A program made the translations under genes and the position numbers. The notes beneath the pieces are model-generated. The model saw nothing but the letters and a program-made list of their open reading frames with translations, made no database searches and had not been told where the DNA came from. From assembly GCA_965153285.1 (NCBI GenBank), contig OZ229129.1: 64,000 bases of DNA, one strand, 5' to 3'. This document shows positions 61,601 through 64,000 of this stretch, piece by piece. This stretch comes from Podarcis tiliguerta (taxonomy: Eukaryota). The stretch's first letter is position 1; every line of letters starts with the position of its first letter.

Positions 61601-62640
61601 ATTTGCAGGTGAATGAGAACTTTGTTATCAGAGTGAGCAGTCGAGTAATGATCTGCCCTAGATGGTTCAGTGAGTAGGGGCAGCTCTGTGGGCAGTGACC
61701 CCCCCCTTCTGTATCTTTCCCTGAGTCAGTGGTAAAGGGGGATTGGGTCCATGAAATATGATGGCATCAACCTGAAAGGATTACTTTCTTACCTTGGGTC
61801 ATTTCCTCTTCCAATTGGATACCCTACCCAAAATAGTACAAAGTGCATCCAGGAGCTGTTCCACCCGCCCCTGGCCCCATGATGAAATGACCAGAACATA
61901 AAGAAAATACTTGAATGGCTTAGAAAAGAATCCGATGAGAGTGTCACATTGCACAGTTAAGATATATTTTTATACCGAGCACAATTTCATGTACATTTTT
62001 ATTTGGGGTTTCTTTGTTTGTTTTTCCTTTCTAGTAAAAGAGAGAGAGAGAGCTTTAGGTAAACTTGAAAAAAATGTGAATGGTTTGTTTTTGGGGAGGG
62101 GGGCCTTCCTTGTCTTCTTGATGAGGATGAGCATTTGCACTAAACCAGATCCGCATGTGGAGGCTTAAGGGCAGATTTCCAAGACGTATCTGTGGATCGT
62201 GATTGTCTCCTCCCTGGTGGGAAGGAAGAATGTCGCAAAATAAAAGAATGTAAAGTGAGAATGAAGCCCAGAATGATCGGGATTTCCTGAGTGCCTTAGC
62301 CCTTTTTGGATCACTTGTTTTCCATGCGGAGGGGACAGAGAGGGGGGGAAATGCCAGATCAGAAGGAATGCCCCCCGCCCTGATTTCCCCCTCTTTGTTT
62401 ACAATAATGCTAGAAATGTCACGAGAGTGTCTGGGAGTTGCTTTCTGACTGTGATGATGCATAATGTGAAATGGAAACGGCATCCCTCTAGATCTTAAAA
62501 ATAAAAATGGAAGCAGAAGTATTTATGGTATGTCTGCACTTCTATTCTTAATGCTTGACTGTTAGCAATATTACATGTGTATATTATATATATATATATA
62601 TATTAAAAGTTATATCAAGCACCTTTTTAAAGAGAGAGAA
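58637..62640 (+). other. NACC2: NACC2 3' UTR (end uncertain, may extend further)
   Basis: T-rich and largely free of recognisable TEs; candidate poly(A) signals AATAAA at 61154, 62239 and 62500, ATTAAA at 62602; miRNA seed cluster at 62.07-62.63 kb. Confidence 0.6.
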
Positions 62641-64000
62641 AACCGAGTGAATTTAGTGGTTGCCACATCATAGTATAGGCATCAAACCAACATTCCCACC
62701 CCCTCCTTTTCTGCAATGGAAACATCCCCAGATTGCAGTTGCTTCGTAAATTAGCCTGGCTTCTCCAAGGTTTCTTTACCTAACCCTTGCTCAGAAGTGT
62801 GCAATTCCAGGGTTTTTTTTCACTCTAAACCAAAATTTGGAGCCAAAAACAAGACTCAGAAAAAAATATTCCAGAAATCTGATCTCATTGCAAAGGTGAG
62901 ACCATGTTAAGCCATAAGTCCTATCCTTTTGTCTGCTCTGAGACTTCCCTGACAGTTATTCTCTTCTTGCTCCAACTGAAATGGCCACTAATTCAACCCT
63001 CAAGTTGCCAGAGATGTTTGGCTGTTTCCCACTTTTTCTCACCTGTCCTGGGAATCCAGTTTGGAAATGGGTTTTGCTTAATTGAAGAAATTCTTCTTTC
63101 TCATTTTAATTAAGTGCTGGAAAGCATCCTGGCTAGAAAGTTTAGTTTAGTTTTTTTTTTTGTAGGATGCTGATTTGCCAGGGTGGATAAAAGGTTGTGA
63201 CTGTTTTCTCACCTGGTGTGGCAACCTTTCCTGGTACTTCCCATCACTGAGGAATTGGGACCCTCTTGGTGACTTCTCTTTCCTGCATCTTCTTCCTTGC
63301 AGCATTAAATGCAAAGAGGAAAAGCAAATTGGTGCCATCCCCCCCCAACAGGGCAGAAGGGGGGAGTCCTAAAAAGGGCACAGCCATTTGGGCATGGTGC
63401 TCTCCAGGGGAGGCAGGCTGCTTCACATGTAATCATCTTTGCCTGAGAAGAGGCCCTCTCTGTGATGTTGGCTTCCCTGAGCAGCAGAGTTTCCACAGCT
63501 GTCCAAATGATGCAGCCTGTGATATGTGCTGTGCATTATGACCTTATCTCCTGTGGCCATTAAGGGATCCCTAACCAGTCTTAAAGGGTCAAGCCCTTTC
63601 AGTGTCACTGTTACAGTGCTGCTGTGGCTGCCCATGGAGGGTTGTGGTCAATTCACTGGGTGCCCACCTTTGAGCAAGGCAATCTGTGCCTCTGCCAAAG
63701 CTGGCGTGAGAGGAGGGAAAGAGGGATCCCATGTGTTGTCCTTGCTGAAGAACTTACAATCTTCTGTTTCTTCCAAATGTCCTTTTTGCACTTTTACGTC
63801 TGAGGTGGAGGGGAGGGAGCCCAACCTTGCAATACTATTTTTAAGACTCAAAAATGATAAAGTCATAGCTAAGCAAGAAAATGTATAAATATGTTTAACT
63901 TGAACCTTTGGATTGCACTTGATTCAGATTGTGTGCAGATCCTTTTGAACTGCCTGAGAGAAAAGTCTTAAGAGAGCAAAAGGGTTTCTCTTGGAGTCTT

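Overview
Vertebrate genomic DNA, very probably a squamate and most likely a lacertid lizard (Sauria-type SINEs with (ACCTTT)n tails, BovB, RTE, L2 and CR1 LINE fragments, many TA-flanked and hAT MITEs). Two + strand genes lie in the same order as at human 9q34.3. TMEM250 (C9orf69) has a CpG-island promoter at ~2.8-3.5 kb, a first exon ending at 3191 and a single-exon 139-aa CDS at 6524-6943. NACC2 (BTB/POZ + BEN repressor) has a CpG-island promoter at ~17.4-18.3 kb, a ~33 kb first intron, five coding exons (50680-51517, 53615-53782, 54808-54913, 56336-56433, 58122-58636; 574 aa) and a multi-kb 3' UTR. The most unusual item is the TMEM250 leader: a strong-context ATG in exon 1 splices onto three candidate acceptors, giving an upstream ORF that either ends in a TGATG stop/start overlap with the weak-context TMEM250 ATG or stops in frame 18 nt before it. 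Other observations are poly(A) signals fused to the TMEM250 stop codon, a degenerate Penelope-type hammerhead ribozyme palindrome, a dense cluster of miRNA seed sites in the distal NACC2 3' UTR, a CR1 tail adjoining a NACC2 splice acceptor, several nested TE insertions with readable target-site duplications, and predicted Z-linkage. Family names come from motif recognition, not database searches, and TE boundaries are approximate unless a TSD is cited.
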